Assembly: GCF_018977255.1 (NCBI RefSeq)
Contig: NW_024705331.1
Span: forward strand, 1-54,091
Length of the DNA: 54,091 nucleotides
Origin: Callorhinchus milii
Taxonomy: Eukaryota
Direction: 5' to 3'
Shown: positions 51,001 through 54,091 of the stretch, in pieces
How the letters are laid out: every line of letters starts with the position of its first letter
Position numbering within the stretch: position 1 is the first letter of the stretch
Made by a program: the position numbers and the translations under genes
Notes under the pieces: model-generated
The model's input: only the letters and a program-made list of their open reading frames with translations
Told to the model about the DNA's origin: nothing
Databases searched by the model: none

Positions 51001-54000
51001 GGCATTGCTCACAACCACCGCTGCGTTATCGACCGTCACCATTCGCCAATAAGTGACGGTGACGTCACCACGGCGCCTGTGCCAGGCCAGGTGCACTTTG
51101 AAGCCACGTGAAGTGTCGAAGGCTCGCTGACCGGAGGTCTTGGAACAGACCCAGGTGCCACGGGTTGGCTGACTGAGATGACTGGCAGATGCACCAACCT
51201 GTACTGTGACACATTGCTGCATATTTATCATCCGGTGTTTCGCTCGTTTTTGTGAGCATCACTCCTCCGTTGTTGTTGGAGGGCGACTGCCTCCAACTGC
51301 CCAGTAGAAGCGTCCTTCACGAGCCTCCCCCGCAGAGGCCGATCCTGACACCGCTGGTACCAGTCGTCGGCAAAGCCCACTCAGCTCCACATCCTCCCGT
51401 ACCGCATCAGTCCACCTCCACTCCAGCCCATGCCGTTCCCGCCCAGCCCCCTTCATCCACCTACATACTCACCTACCGGCTTGCTGACGCACTCACCCAC
51501 TCATATCTGCTCACGCACCTACGCATGAAATTTTAAATGCAGGCTACGCAAAGCATGCTGATCAATTTACACCAAGATCTACTCTCAACCACTTAAACCA
51601 CATATTCGTGAACGATGCGCACCCTAATCAGCCACTACAGTTGTGTGCAGGGTGTTGTGATGTCACGTAGTACGACGTTTTTCCTGCTCCCCCCCCCCCT
51701 TGTTATAACGCGGCGTATATCCATGGTCTCGTTGCATTGGCCTTAATGGACGCGTGGTGATGGTGAAAGATGATTCAGCGGTGAACACTGAATTACCGGG
51801 CCCCATTTAACGTTCAGGTGACACGGGGCACGGTACGTGAAGAACCTCTGATCTGTCCTGTAAGCAGACTCCTCTGCGTGGGATAGTTAACACCTCTTAA
51901 TGCACAGACAACAGCCAACGCAGCCTCGCCTGCAGGAGGAGCTCGCAGATGATCGGACAGTGTCCAGATCTCTCAAGGATCTGTGAGCTACTCGCACACA
52001 AAGACCCCCCGTGTAGCCTTTAACAGACTGTTGGGGCAAGTGCTTTATAACATCATCAAAGGGGCGCTGTAATAAGATGCTATCAAAATCACCGATCAGA
52101 GATTTTCCCATATATGGTCTTTGTTGATCGTGAATCGAGACTCATTGTATTGATTCCACTCAGTCGATCCGGCAGCAAGCTCAAAATGTCCGATTTTATC
52201 TGAAATATTCTGCGTTTCACAGATCATACAAAGCAACGGTATTGATGCCCGATTTGTTTGTACTTTTTAACTTAATTTTTTCATGTAGTCTATCAGACTT
52301 TTGTGTTAAATCGCTCTGCAAAAAGTCCTTCTGTATATTTATAAATCAATGTTATGCTAATGCAAATTTCATCATAGCGGCGACTCAGTTTACTCCGATG
52401 TGCTATGTCATCTTTAAATCGATCTTGTGAGTGTACAATTTTATATTAAACTTCATTTAGTGAGTGAATACAAGACCACTTATACGCCGATGTCCATTTT
52501 TTATCATAGCTGTGATTTCATTCAGCCATTCACTCACTCAGCCACAAACTCACTCAGCCACACACTCACTCAACGACTCACTCAACCAGTCAGTCACTCA
52601 CTCACTCAGCTATTCAATCACTTAACCACTCACTCAATAATTAACTCAACCACTCACTCAACCACTTACTCAACCACTCACTCACTCAACCACTCACTCA
52701 ATCACTTACTCAACCACTCAACCATCACTCTCTCACCCACTCAACCATTCACTCACTCAGCCACTCACTCACTCAGCCACTCACTCACTCAGCCACACAC
52801 TCACTCAACGACTCACTTACTCAACCACTAAGCCGCTCACTCACTCAGCTATTCACTCACTCAACCACTCACTTAATAATTAACTCAACCACTCACTGAC
52901 TCAATCGATCATTCAACCACTCACTCATTCACTCCGCCACTCACTCATTCAACCATTCACTTACTCAACCACACACTCAGCCGCTCACTCACTCAATCAC
53001 TCAACCACTGGCTCACTCAACCACTCGCTCATTCAACTACTCAGCCACTCCTTCCCTCAACCACTACTGACTGAACCACTCAACCATTCACTCACTCAGC
53101 CACTTGCTCAACCAATCACTCAATCATTAACTCAACTACTCACTCACTCAACCATGCACGTATGCACTCAACGACTCACTCATTCAACCACTCACTAATT
53201 CACTCAACCACTCACTCAACCATTCACTCACTCAACCACTAATTTGTTCACTCAACCAATCACTTGCTCACTCAACCTCTCTCTCACTCACTCAGCCACT
53301 CACTCTTTCACTCAGCCACTCACTCCTTCACTCAGCCACTCACTCTTTCACTCAGCCACTCACTCATTCAGCCACTCACTTAACGACTCACTCACTTAAC
53401 CACTCAGCCGCTCACTCACTAAGCTACTTACTCAACCACTCACTCACCTAATCACTTACTCAAGCACTCAACCATCACTCTCACTCACTCAACCATTCAC
53501 TCACTCAGCCACTCACTCATTTAGCCACTCACTCATTCAGCCACACACTCAACGACTCACTCACTCAATCACTCAGCCGCTCACTAAGCTACTCACTCAC
53601 TCAACCACTCACTCACGTAATCACTTACTCAACCACTCAACTATCACTCTTTCACTCACTCAACCATGCACTCAATCAGCCACACTCACTCAACGACTCA
53701 CTAACTTAACCACTCAGCCGCTCACTCACTCCATAACTCAAGCACTCAACCACTCGCTCACTCAAACACTCGCTCAATCAACTACTCAGCCACTCACTTC
53801 CTCAACCACTAACTGACTGAACCACTCACTCAACCACTCACTCATTCAACGATTCACTAATTCGCTCAACCACTCACTCAACCATTAACTCGCTCAATCG
53901 CTCAATCACTCACACAACCACTAATTTGTTCACTCAACCACTCACTTGCTCACTCAACCACTCACTCAAGCAGCCACTCACTCAATCAATCACTTACTCA

Positions 54001-54091
54001 CTCAATTATTAACTCAACCACTCACTTGCACACTCAACCATTCACTCAGTCAACCACTCACTCACTCAACACTCATTGAAGCACTCACTCA
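48100..54091 (+). repeat. Second copy of the segmental duplication of ~9540-17490
   Basis: Colinear and near-identical unique sequence (e.g. 14270-16660 vs 50135-52520) with the same satellites. Runs off the window end. Confidence 0.95.

Overview
Repeat-dense vertebrate genomic DNA, inferred to be lamprey-like from its V-SINEs, Penelope elements, GC-rich exons and CACT/GGTGAGT satellites. Two host genes face each other: the last exons of a DYRK4-like kinase with a His/Pro-rich tail (+, 633-~3700) and the 3' exons of an extracellular sulfatase SULF1/2-like gene (-, 24643-23768, possibly continuing to 16234). Mobile DNA includes a near-complete Ty3/Gypsy element (32785-~39140), a decayed nested Gypsy (5648-8578), two solo LTRs with TSDs, hAT and Tc1 MITEs, an OC1/Charlie-like hAT transposase fragment inserted in a Penelope RT, several Penelope-type minimal hammerhead ribozyme motifs and V-SINEs, some with tandemly amplified tRNA-like heads. 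A 6-8 kb block (~9540-17490) is duplicated at 48100-54091. After a 30-N gap, ~6.9 kb (25431-~32300) looks like featureless random sequence unlike its surroundings. Several ORFs are broken by single-base deletions, mostly in homopolymers, which suggests assembly errors rather than true pseudogenes. I found no convincing wholly new biological system. All calls were made by eye.
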